The notes: generated by a model from the letters alone, not told the origin. Shown: positions 17,749 to 26,560, counted from the first letter of the stretch. The stretch is 64,000 bases of DNA from Burkholderiales bacterium Ga0077543 (GCA_001464055.1 LNET01000029.1:30254-94253); one strand, 5' to 3'. Made by a program: numbers and translations.

Positions 17749-19881
17749 ATGCAGCTCTGGCGCAAGCATCCCAGCCTGCTGCGTGTGGCTGCATTGCTGC
17801 TTTCCGCGGTGGCGGCCCTGCTGCCGACGGTCCTGGCGCCCACGGCTGTCGTCGGCGTCGAGGAAATCGTCGGTGACGCCTCCTGGCGCTGGGGAGCCAG
17901 CAGCCGCGCCGAGAAACGCATCGTCCTCGTCGACATCGACGAAAAAAGCCTGAGGGCCGTCGGTCCCTGGCCCTGGCCCCGGTCGACGGTGGCCGAGTTG
18001 TCGTCGCGCCTGTCTGCGGCAGGCGCTGCCGTGCAGGCCTACGACATCATCTTCTCCGACCCCCGTGCCGGTGACGACGCGCTTGTGGCGGCCTGGACCC
18101 GTCCACGGTCCCCGGTGGTCGCGGCGCAGCTGTTTGCCATCGAGTCCGGCGCTGCATCGAGCACTGGCGTGGTGTCGGGTGCAGTCAGCACGCCAGGCTG
18201 CCCGGCTTTTGCGCCCACGGCTTTCGGCTCCTACGGGCTGGCCCCTGAACTGCTGGCGGCGCGCCCCTCGCTCGGTCACATCACGCCGCGCGTCGACGAC
18301 GACGGCGTCATCCGGCATGTGCCGGCCCTGATCTGCGACCAAGGGCGCGCCTACCCGACCCTGGCTTTGAGCACCCTGTGGCAGTTGGCGCAGCCCGCAG
18401 ACCTGGCTTCCGCCCGTTCCAACGCCCCCGACTGGGAGTGGCACCGGGCTGGCGCGGGAGTTCCCAGCCCGTTTCCGGCGGGCCTGGCGCCTGCGGCCTG
18501 GCTCAGCTCGCGCAGCCTGCCCGGCGTGGCCGTGCCGCTGGACGGGCAGGGCAACATCCGCGTGCCCTATGCACTGAAGCGCGATGCCTTCATCGCCATT
18601 TCGGCCGTCGACGTTCTGCAAGGCAGCGCCGACCTGGCCTTGCTGCGCGGTGCCGTGGCGCTGGTGGGTGCCACGGCCTTCGGCATGGGAGACACCGTCG
18701 CCACCCCGCATGGTGCCGTGGCCTCCGGCATCGAGGTGCACACCCAGGGCCTGGTGGGCCTGCTCGACAACCGGCTGGCCTACACGCCCGCGCTGTGGCC
18801 CCTTTGGCAGCTGGTCCTGATGAGCGTGTTCGCGCTCTTGCTGCTGGCCCTGGCCAGTCGCAGCAAGGGCGTGCCTGCCAAACGCCTGCCGCTGGTCGGG
18901 CTCGTCCTGTCGGTGGGCATCGTCGTGGCGGCGGGGCTGGTGCTGCTGAAGACCAGCCTGTGGTTGCCGTGGCTGCCGCTGGCGGCTTTTGTGCTGCTGG
19001 CGTCGATCAGCCTGGCCACCGTCGAACACGCGCTGACCCGGGCCCAGCGCGAACGCCTGTCGGCCCATCTCGGGGCCTACCTGCCGGCGCCGGTGGCCAC
19101 ACGCCTGATGGCCACCGAGCCCAGCGGCCAGCTGCAGCTCGAGGCCAGAACCGTCAGCGTGCTGGTTGCCGACATCCGCAACTTCACGGCCCTGGCCACG
19201 CATGGCCAGCCCGACGAAGTGGCCGCCTTGCTGCACGCCTTCTGCTGCCAGGCCGTGGACGTGGTCGAACGCCACGGCGGCGTGGTGGAGAATGTCGTCG
19301 GTGACTCCATCCTTGCGGTCTGGCCTGAATCAGGCGGTTCCGAACAGCAGCATGCCCGGCAAGCGCTGGCGGCGGCCCAGGAACTGGTGCGCAGCACGCG
19401 CCAGCTCCTGGCCAGCCGCGAGCCGGTTGCCGAGCACAGCCCGATCCAGCCCCTGGCCCTGGGCATCGGGCTCGAGACCGGGGTCGCCATCGTCGGATCG
19501 TTCGGGCCGGCGCGCAGGCGCGCGCACGCCGCCCTGGGCGAACCCGTGAGCGTTGCCCACCGCCTTCAGCAGATGACCGCCGACCTTTCCATGCCCATCA
19601 TCCTTGGTCCGCAACTCGCGGCCCTGCTCGAACCCGATGCCACCGAACCCCTGGGCGAATACCTGCTGGAGGGCTTGGCCAAGCACTACCGGCTGTATGC
19701 GCCGCTGGGCTGGTCCGACCTGATTGCCGTCGATTCGCAGTGGGCCAGCACGGCGGCGGGCACAGCTGACAAACAGGCCGAGCCCGCGGAATGGTCGAAA
19801 TGGGGGGCCACCAGCAGCCCCATCTGGCCGCATTCGACATCCAGCCGACTGCAACAGGTTCTCGGGCGCAGGGGCGCGTGA
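17749..19881 (+). CDS. CHASE2-domain membrane sensor fused to a class III adenylate/guanylate cyclase domain
   Basis: CHASE2 start IVLVDIDEKSLRAVGPWPWPRSTVAEL, hydrophobic helices around aa 330-420, and cyclase motifs VSVLVADIRNFTAL and VVGDSILAVW. Confidence 0.85.
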   Translation: MQLWRKHPSLLRVAALLLSAVAALLPTVLAPTAVVGVEEIVGDASWRWGASSRAEKRIVLVDIDEKSLRAVGPWPWPRSTVAELSSRLSAAGAAVQAYDIIFSDPRAGDDALVAAWTRPRSPVVAAQLFAIESGAASSTGVVSGAVSTPGCPAFAPTAFGSYGLAPELLAARPSLGHITPRVDDDGVIRHVPALICDQGRAYPTLALSTLWQLAQPADLASARSNAPDWEWHRAGAGVPSPFPAGLAPAAWLSSRSLPGVAVPLDGQGNIRVPYALKRDAFIAISAVDVLQGSADLALLRGAVALVGATAFGMGDTVATPHGAVASGIEVHTQGLVGLLDNRLAYTPALWPLWQLVLMSVFALLLLALASRSKGVPAKRLPLVGLVLSVGIVVAAGLVLLKTSLWLPWLPLAAFVLLASISLATVEHALTRAQRERLSAHLGAYLPAPVATRLMATEPSGQLQLEARTVSVLVADIRNFTALATHGQPDEVAALLHAFCCQAVDVVERHGGVVENVVGDSILAVWPESGGSEQQHARQALAAAQELVRSTRQLLASREPVAEHSPIQPLALGIGLETGVAIVGSFGPARRRAHAALGEPVSVAHRLQQMTADLSMPIILGPQLAALLEPDATEPLGEYLLEGLAKHYRLYAPLGWSDLIAVDSQWASTAAGTADKQAEPAEWSKWGATSSPIWPHSTSSRLQQVLGRRGA

Positions 19882-21368
19882 ATCGGCGGTCCCGACGGGA
19901 CGGCGCCCTTCGCAGGCGTCAGGTTCCTTTCGTGGTGCGTGCGGCGGCCGCAGTGTCGACCCTGGGGCTGGCGTCGATCTCGGCCGTGCTGGCCCAGACG
20001 CCCGCCCAGGTGGCCCCCGAACCAGCTGCTGCGCCCAGCCCGCAAGCAGCCGACCCGCGCAGCGAGTGCGCGCGGCTGGCGCCAGCCGCCTGGCCTGGCG
20101 GCACCGCCACACGCCGGCTTCACATTGCCAGAATGCGCCTGGGCTTGCGCGCATGCATCGGCGACGCCGACTTCCTGGCCGCTTTCGGCGGCCTGCTGCT
20201 CGAAGACGGCGAACACGCCGAGGCGCTGACCTGGCTGGAACGGGCGGTGCTGCTGGACCCAGGAAACCTGGGCGTGCAGGCCGACCATGCGCTGGCGCTG
20301 GACGCCCTGGGCGAACCGGCCGCGCTGCGCGAGCTGGCGGCCCGGCTGCTGGTGCGCAGCGACCTGCCGGCGGCGCTGCGCGCCAAGCTCAGCCCGCCTG
20401 ACGATGCCTCTCGCTTCCAGCTGCCACAGGCCCGACTGGGCGCGCCCCTTGCGCAGCGCCAGACCTGGGGTTTCCAGGGCGAAGTCCAGCTGCAGCTGGG
20501 GTACGAAAGCAATCTCGACCGCTCGCCCAGCCTGACGGAACTGACACTGTCCATCCCGGAAGGGCCGCTGGTGCTGCCCGTCATCAGCACACCCCGCAAG
20601 GCGGCCGCAAGCCTGGCGTCGGCAGCCCTGCAACTGGGCTATGCGCCAGTCGCGGGCGTGGTGCTGCGCTCGGGTCTGAACATGAATTCGCGACGTTCGC
20701 TGGCGGAGCCCGAGACCGACTGGCGCCAGGTCCAGTGGGTACAGCAGCTGGCCATCGGCGGCAAAAGCTGGAGCGGCCTGCTCGACGGCAGTGCATCCTG
20801 GGTCAGCGGGCCGCTGAACGAACCTTATCGGCTGCTGCGGCTGGGTGCAGCGTTGGACGCGGCGTCCAACGGCTGCCGGGGGCGGCTGTCCTATGTGCAC
20901 GAACAGAGGGAGCAGGCGCAAAGCACCCAGCTCGACGCCTCGACCTCCGTCTGGGCAGCCGACATCCGCTGCGCGCTGCCCTTCGCACCGACCTGGGCCC
21001 TGTCTGCAGCCTACAGCCAGGGGCAGGACCGTCCGGAATCCGCGACGCGCCCGGGCGGCATGCAACGCTTGCAGGGTGCAGGCCTGCGGCTGGCAGGCCC
21101 CGTGGCCGGGCGCACCCAGCTCGACCTGGGCCTGCGTCTGAGCCGCGTCAAGGACGAAACGGGTTTCAGCGCGCTGCTGGAGCAAAACGCCGTGCGCTGG
21201 CTGCGGCTGCACCAGTTCAGCGCCGAACTGCAGCAGCCGCTGGACGATTTCGGCTGGAAGGGCTTGTCGGCAACGCTTCAATGGCAGCAGGTGAACCAGG
21301 AAAGCAACCTCAAGCTTTTCAGCTACCGCGCCGATAGCGTTTACGCCGGTCTGCGATGGGCATGGTGA
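19878..21368 (+). CDS. outer-membrane protein with N-terminal TPR and C-terminal beta-barrel; Slam/DUF560-like candidate
   Basis: GTG 19878 overlaps the cyclase stop (GTGA). Signal-like AAAAVSTLGLASISAVLAQ, TPR GEHAEALTWLERAVLLDPGNLGVQADHALAL, barrel onset FQGEVQLQLGYESNLDRSP, and an aromatic C-terminus YAGLRWAW. Confidence 0.6.
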   Translation: MNRRSRRDGALRRRQVPFVVRAAAAVSTLGLASISAVLAQTPAQVAPEPAAAPSPQAADPRSECARLAPAAWPGGTATRRLHIARMRLGLRACIGDADFLAAFGGLLLEDGEHAEALTWLERAVLLDPGNLGVQADHALALDALGEPAALRELAARLLVRSDLPAALRAKLSPPDDASRFQLPQARLGAPLAQRQTWGFQGEVQLQLGYESNLDRSPSLTELTLSIPEGPLVLPVISTPRKAAASLASAALQLGYAPVAGVVLRSGLNMNSRRSLAEPETDWRQVQWVQQLAIGGKSWSGLLDGSASWVSGPLNEPYRLLRLGAALDAASNGCRGRLSYVHEQREQAQSTQLDASTSVWAADIRCALPFAPTWALSAAYSQGQDRPESATRPGGMQRLQGAGLRLAGPVAGRTQLDLGLRLSRVKDETGFSALLEQNAVRWLRLHQFSAELQQPLDDFGWKGLSATLQWQQVNQESNLKLFSYRADSVYAGLRWAW

Positions 21369-21541
21369 TCCGGGCTCAAACCGTTGCCGTTTTGCAACAA
21401 AAGCACGGTAAACCTGCACTTCCTGCCCCCACGAACACGTGGGGAAGCCAGTTACACGGTGCCATAATCGCGCGGCGAAAGGTAGGAGGTGGTCGTCTTG
21501 CAGATGCGTTTCGCGTGTGCATTTCAAAACCAGCTCCTTCT

Positions 21542-21557
21542 TGTGATCGGCATCACA
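21542..21557. promoter_or_regulatory. perfect CRP-type box TGTGA-N6-TCACA
   Basis: Read directly: tgtgatcggcatcaca. Its centre lies about 186 bp upstream of ATG 21736, in the 367-bp AT-richer intergenic region. Confidence 0.5.
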
Positions 21558-21680
21558 TCGACAAACAGCCGGCCACGGGAAACTCTCAGCAGACGATCAA
21601 GGCTTGCACTTCATTCGGTTCAGCGCCAACGCACGCGGGCTCTGAGTCGAGTGTGAGCAGGACAAAGGTCAGTCACATTC

Positions 21681-21700
21681 GATTTCTTTGCAAAGAAATC
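21681..21700. promoter_or_regulatory. perfect 20-bp palindrome (operator or 5'-UTR hairpin)
   Basis: gatttctttg/caaagaaatc is self-complementary over all 20 nt. It ends 36 nt before the ATG and 23 nt before SD AGGAG (21723-21727). Confidence 0.5.
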
Positions 21701-21735
21701 TGCATCCGTCAGGTAACTATCTAGGAGCTTCATAA

Positions 21736-24700
21736 ATGGCATTTATCAATACCGTAGTCGCACGCGCCGCAGCCGGGATCTGGGGTCTGAAGTTGGGCTA
21801 CGCCACGACGCAAGCCGTGCTGGGTCAGTTCAACGCGAACGGTGGCAACCTCGACGTCATCATCAACAACGCGTTCAACGCCAGCTACACGGGCGTGAGC
21901 AACGCTGCCGTTGCAGCGATGGTCGTGGGCAACCTGGGTCTGACGGGTGCAGCCGCCACCGAAGCCACCACATTCCTGGTGGCGCAGATGGACTCCGTGG
22001 CGCCTACCGCCCGTGGTGCCATCCTGACCAACGCCATCAACCTGTTCGCCGGTCTGGGCACCAACCCCGCCTTCGGCGCTTCGGCCAACGACTTCAACGC
22101 CAAGGTCGCCGCTGCCGCTGCCTACTCGGGCACCATCGGCAACCCCGACGCCGTCCTGGGCAACCTGCCTTCGGCCACCAGCTTCTTCATGCTGACCGGC
22201 CAGGACAACATCACCGCCACGGCCGGCAACGATACGATCAACGCCTACATCTTCGACAACGCCAACACGCTGCAAAGCGGTGACTTCGTCGACGGTGGTG
22301 CCGGTACCGACACGCTGTACGCCGACATGGGGAACTCAGCCACTCAGGCGGTCACCCCCATCACGCGAAACATCGAAACCTTTGTTGTCCGTGCACAGTC
22401 CCGTGCAACCGAATCTGGCGACAACAACGTTTCCAACGAGAACCGCGTCACCATCGATGCCGAGCGCATGGTCGGCGTGAACCGCTTCGAGTCGAACAAC
22501 AGCCGCGCCGACCTCATCGTCGAAGACGTGCGCATCCTGCCGGCGCAGATCACGAAGGACATCACGATCGCCTTCACGCAAAGCGATCCGGGTAACGTCG
22601 ACTTCGGCGTGTACTTCGACCAGGCTTCGCTGCGTGCCAACAGCACCAGCAGCTCGTCGCTGACCCTGCAGGTCATCGACCTGAAGGCCGCCGGTGCTGC
22701 CGCCACTGCCGCCACCCCGCTGCTGGACTCGCCGTACGACGGCATCAGCTTCACGCTGAACGGCACCCTGGTCTTCCTGACCAGCCCGGCCATCGGCAAT
22801 GCCACCACCTACCCGGCACTGCTGTCCGCCATCCAGGCGCAGCTGGCTGCCAACGTCCTGACCGCGGGTGTCGTCACCGCCGCCCTGGGCAGCACCTTCA
22901 CGGTGAATGACTCGCAGACCCTGGCTGCCGTCACCGGCACCTCGATCGTGCTGTCGGCCACCAATGCCACCTTCGGCATCGGCAACTGGATCGCCTCGCA
23001 AGGCGTGCCGGCCAACTCCAACCTGTTCACCAACCAGTTCGCCGGTTCTTCGGCCACGAACGACCTCGTGACCAGCACCATCATCCTGGACGACGTGGGC
23101 CGTGGCAGCACGGGCGGCGACCTGGTCATCGGTGGCCTGTCGGTCGGTGAAACCTCGACCTCGCGTGGTGTCGACCGCTTCGAAATCACCGTTGAGCGCA
23201 CCAGCCGCCTGCAGAACGTCGACTCGACCAACAACTGGCTGAAGGAAGTCGTTCTGAAGAACGGCACTGCCAGCGGCAACGTGTCGATTCTGGGCAATGC
23301 CGGCGGCGCCGTCACCGGTGCCCCCAACAACGCCGCCAGCCAGGCCGGCGCGCTGCCTGGTGCTGTCGCTCAGCACGACGACTTCGGCTTCAACGACGTT
23401 CGCCTGATCGACGCTTCCGCGATGCGCGGCACGGTCACGTTCGACGCCGCTGTTACGGCCGCTTCGTTCGCCAAGTACATCCTGACCCGCGACACCCAGC
23501 CGAACCCGGCCGGCGACAACACCTCCACCCCGGGCCAGACCACGCAAGTGGCTGACTTCATCTACACCGGTGGTGTGGGCAACGACAGCATGACGGTCGC
23601 CATCGACTCTGGCATTGCCAGCAGCCGCAACACCATCATGTCCGGCCGTGAAGACTTCACGTTCAACCTGGCAGGTGGTGCCGGCAACGACACCATCAGC
23701 GTCCGCATCGACCCGCTGAATGGTGGCTTCCAGAACTGGTACAACAACCAGAAGCTGAACGCCAACGTCCGCATCGACGGCGGTGACGGCAACGACACCA
23801 TCCGTACCCCGGGTGCTGGCGACGCCATCATCTTCGGCGGTTCGGGCACGGACACCATCTACGTCGACAACACCGGCACCCAGGCCATCAACCAGGGTTC
23901 GGAGAACGACGCAGGTCGCGTCTACGCTGCTGCCGCCGCCGCTGAACTGGCTGCTGCCAACGCTGCGCGCGCGCTGTCGAACAGCACCAGCGCCGCCGTG
24001 CTGCAGGCCCGTGAAGTCGCGCTGAACACGCTGAACCTGGTGACGCCCGTCAGCTTCACCGACCCGGCTGTTCCCGCCAACCCGAACCCGGCACTGCCCA
24101 CCAAGGGCGACCTGGAGACGGCCATCCTTGCCGCGTACAACGCCGGCATCACCGTCGCCGCCCCTGGCGCGCTGACGGCCGACCAGGTGGTGGCCCTGTT
24201 CACCGCCTACGGCACGCGGGTTGGATCGGCAGTCACCCCGGCAACGACGGTGATTGGCAACGCCACCTTCACGGCAGGCACGGCACCGGCATCCGCCACG
24301 CTGACGCTGGCCGAGTTCACTGCAGGCAACAACCTGCTGGAGTCGTACATCAATGCCAACCGCTCGGCTGCTGCAACCGCTGCTGCTGCTGATGCGGCCG
24401 TGGGCACGTACGCTCCGCTGCTGAACGCAACGCAGACCGACGTGGTGAACAACACCGTATTGGTCAGCGGTGCTTACGACGGCGCCGCCAGCGCTGCCGG
24501 TACTGCCACCATCCTGTCTGGTCTGCAAGCACTGAATGCGGCTCTGGTCCTGGGTGCGGCGCAGCCGGCCTGGATCGCTGCGCTGAAGACCGCAGTTGCG
24601 AACGGTTCGCGCACGGTGGCCGAGGCGCAGGCTCTCGAGACTGCAATCGGTGCCGGCGCTATCGACGCCGCTGACGTGACTGCCATCCAGCTCATCCTGG

Positions 24701-26382
24701 CTCCGGCGATCAACGCGGCAACGAACGCCAACACCACGGCCCAGGCCAACCTGACCGCTGCGATCAACGCCGACAACGCCGCTGTTCGTACGGCAGCGAA
24801 CTTTGCCGGTATCGACCCCGTCCTCGCGGACGCTGAGGCGGTTGCTCAGGACGCGGTGGGTTCGGCAGAGGCTATTGCCGCAGCCACTGCAGCAGCCAAC
24901 GCTGTCACCACGTTCACCGGCACGCCGACCACCGGCACGCTGGGTCCTTTGCTGGCTCAACAGTCGGGCCTCACGGCCCTGAGCGCAGCGCTGGCAGTGG
25001 GCGTGAGCGACCTGGACTTCCAGATCATCACCACCAACGCGGTGTTCAACAACGTCATCAACGGTGCGGCCAAGATCGCACTGGACGCTGTTGCAACGGG
25101 CGCTGCCGGCGTGCTGACACTGGTCGAAAAGGTCAACCAGGTCGACGTGCAAATCGCGGCGCTGCAACGCACCAGCAACGTTGCGGTGGCCGATGCACAG
25201 GCCCAACTGGCGACTCTGCAGTCCATCGCTGCGGCTACGGCATTCGCCCGTGACCAGGCGGTTTCTGCCGCCGAAGGCTTTGTCGCAGGCACCACGGCTG
25301 GTACCAGCAACGCTGTCTGGGTGTTGAACACTTCCAACCAGTTGGCAGTGTCGACCGCACCGGGCTCGGGCTACGCACTGGCTGTGAACGATGAGCGCAA
25401 CATCTTCGATCTGCGCTCGGATCTGAACAACTCGTACAACCTGTTCGCGACCCGCCTGACGGTGGACTTCAAGGGCCTGACTTCGGTGGTGACGGTGCCC
25501 AGCACCAACTACCGTACCAGCGACCTGCAGGTGAACCAGGCCATTAAGGACGCCATCAACAACAACGCGGTGCTGAACAAGCTCATCGTTGCGGCTGACG
25601 GCCCCGCGAACAGCCTGACCATCACCTCGCTGATCGACGGTCAGGCGACTGAAGCCAACCTGAGCATCACGATTGCTGTCCCCGTCGTGGGTGCTGTGGC
25701 TCCTTCCGACATCTCGGCTGCAGCCGCCGTTTACGGCGTTGCTGCAAACGAAGGTGCGGTTCTGGCTGCGATGGCCACTGCGAAGCAGGCTTTCGACACC
25801 AAGGGCGACTACACCGACCGCTTCGCCGAAACCGGCGCACTGGGTGGCAACACCGAAGTGCGCGGTGCGGCCAGCGTCAGCACCAGCGACAACACCGTCA
25901 CCCCGGGTGCTGACAACGACGTCATCGTTCTGGGCACGACTTCGGGCAGCACGGCCCTGTTGTCGAGCAACGACATGGTGGTGTTCGGTGCGGCCTTCGG
26001 CAACGACACGATCGTTCACTTCCGCGCCGGCTCGCTGGCTACGGGTGGTGACGTCCTGAACTTCGCTGCGCTGGGTGGCACGACCCTGTCGACCGCGTTC
26101 GACGTGAACCGCTCGGTGAACGTGGCTGAAGAAGTCGCGGCCACCAACGGCACGGCCGCACTGGTTGCAGCCCTGTTCACCGACTCGGCCACTGCGAAGA
26201 CGCACGTGTACATCGCTTTCGACGCTGCCACCAACGTCGGCAAGGTCTATGCCGTGACCGACGCCGCTGGCGTGGGCGCAGGCAGCGTTTCGGCCACCCT
26301 GGCCGGCACGATCGACCTGGCCGATACGCTGTGGTCTTCGTTGACCACCGACAACTTCGGCAGCGTCCTGATGGGCGGCTGA
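21736..26382 (+). CDS. 1548-aa secreted repeat protein with RTX-type Ca-binding motifs; S-layer protein candidate (RsaA-like) and T1SS substrate
   Basis: No Cys and very few Lys/Arg/His; Ala/Thr/Asn/Gly/Val-rich. GGxGxD motifs (DGGAGTDTLYAD, TGGVGNDSM, AGGAGNDTI, DGGDGNDTI, GGSGTDTIY). C-terminus ...AKTHVYIAFDAATNVGKVYAVTDAAGVGAGSVSATLAGTIDLADTLWSSLTTDNF is typical of uncleaved T1SS signals. Strong SD, strong terminator, and a T1SS immediately downstream. Confidence 0.85.
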   Translation: MAFINTVVARAAAGIWGLKLGYATTQAVLGQFNANGGNLDVIINNAFNASYTGVSNAAVAAMVVGNLGLTGAAATEATTFLVAQMDSVAPTARGAILTNAINLFAGLGTNPAFGASANDFNAKVAAAAAYSGTIGNPDAVLGNLPSATSFFMLTGQDNITATAGNDTINAYIFDNANTLQSGDFVDGGAGTDTLYADMGNSATQAVTPITRNIETFVVRAQSRATESGDNNVSNENRVTIDAERMVGVNRFESNNSRADLIVEDVRILPAQITKDITIAFTQSDPGNVDFGVYFDQASLRANSTSSSSLTLQVIDLKAAGAAATAATPLLDSPYDGISFTLNGTLVFLTSPAIGNATTYPALLSAIQAQLAANVLTAGVVTAALGSTFTVNDSQTLAAVTGTSIVLSATNATFGIGNWIASQGVPANSNLFTNQFAGSSATNDLVTSTIILDDVGRGSTGGDLVIGGLSVGETSTSRGVDRFEITVERTSRLQNVDSTNNWLKEVVLKNGTASGNVSILGNAGGAVTGAPNNAASQAGALPGAVAQHDDFGFNDVRLIDASAMRGTVTFDAAVTAASFAKYILTRDTQPNPAGDNTSTPGQTTQVADFIYTGGVGNDSMTVAIDSGIASSRNTIMSGREDFTFNLAGGAGNDTISVRIDPLNGGFQNWYNNQKLNANVRIDGGDGNDTIRTPGAGDAIIFGGSGTDTIYVDNTGTQAINQGSENDAGRVYAAAAAAELAAANAARALSNSTSAAVLQAREVALNTLNLVTPVSFTDPAVPANPNPALPTKGDLETAILAAYNAGITVAAPGALTADQVVALFTAYGTRVGSAVTPATTVIGNATFTAGTAPASATLTLAEFTAGNNLLESYINANRSAAATAAAADAAVGTYAPLLNATQTDVVNNTVLVSGAYDGAASAAGTATILSGLQALNAALVLGAAQPAWIAALKTAVANGSRTVAEAQALETAIGAGAIDAADVTAIQLILAPAINAATNANTTAQANLTAAINADNAAVRTAANFAGIDPVLADAEAVAQDAVGSAEAIAAATAAANAVTTFTGTPTTGTLGPLLAQQSGLTALSAALAVGVSDLDFQIITTNAVFNNVINGAAKIALDAVATGAAGVLTLVEKVNQVDVQIAALQRTSNVAVADAQAQLATLQSIAAATAFARDQAVSAAEGFVAGTTAGTSNAVWVLNTSNQLAVSTAPGSGYALAVNDERNIFDLRSDLNNSYNLFATRLTVDFKGLTSVVTVPSTNYRTSDLQVNQAIKDAINNNAVLNKLIVAADGPANSLTITSLIDGQATEANLSITIAVPVVGAVAPSDISAAAAVYGVAANEGAVLAAMATAKQAFDTKGDYTDRFAETGALGGNTEVRGAASVSTSDNTVTPGADNDVIVLGTTSGSTALLSSNDMVVFGAAFGNDTIVHFRAGSLATGGDVLNFAALGGTTLSTAFDVNRSVNVAEEVAATNGTAALVAALFTDSATAKTHVYIAFDAATNVGKVYAVTDAAGVGAGSVSATLAGTIDLADTLWSSLTTDNFGSVLMGG
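23563..23880 (+). repeat. cluster of RTX-like nonapeptide (GGxGxDxUx) repeats inside the large protein
   Basis: YTGGVGNDSMTVAID...LAGGAGNDTISVRID...IDGGDGNDTIRTPGAGDAIIFGGSGTDTIYVDNTG. A further single motif lies at about 22279-22335. Confidence 0.6.
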
Positions 26383-26431
26383 TCCCGACCGTGATGTCGC
26401 CCTCTCCGCCAGGCGGGGGCGACTCACTACA

Positions 26432-26461
26432 AACCGCGCTGTTCACAGCGCGGTTTTTTTT
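26432..26461 (+). terminator. Rho-independent terminator of the S-layer-like gene
   Basis: 10-bp perfect stem aaccgcgctg/cagcgcggtt with loop ttca, followed by a run of T's (26454-26461), 50 nt after the stop. Confidence 0.85.
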
Positions 26462-26560
26462 CGCCTGCTCATTGACCGCGCTCAGAGCCCAAGTCGGACC
26501 ATCGAAAACGAGGCTGATCACGCGCCAGCCGTTCGTTTGAAACACACAACAGTTTGGAGC

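Noticed and set aside
21652-21677. TGTGA ... TCACA pair upstream of the S-layer gene as a second CRP site
   Set aside because: The half-sites are separated by 16 nt rather than 6, so this is not a canonical CRP dimer site. It is mentioned only as context for the adjacent palindrome.
26396-26422. Imperfect hairpin gtcgccc...gggcgac just after the S-layer stop, as a second terminator
   Set aside because: The stem is short and interrupted and has no T-run. The clear terminator is at 26432-26461.
22336-26427. 1363-aa ORF on the minus strand, antisense to the S-layer-like gene
   Set aside because: It is a shadow ORF typical of high-G+C DNA. Its translation is Arg/Gly/Val-rich low-complexity sequence with no motifs. 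The plus-strand frame has the RBS, the terminator, biased composition and recognisable motifs.
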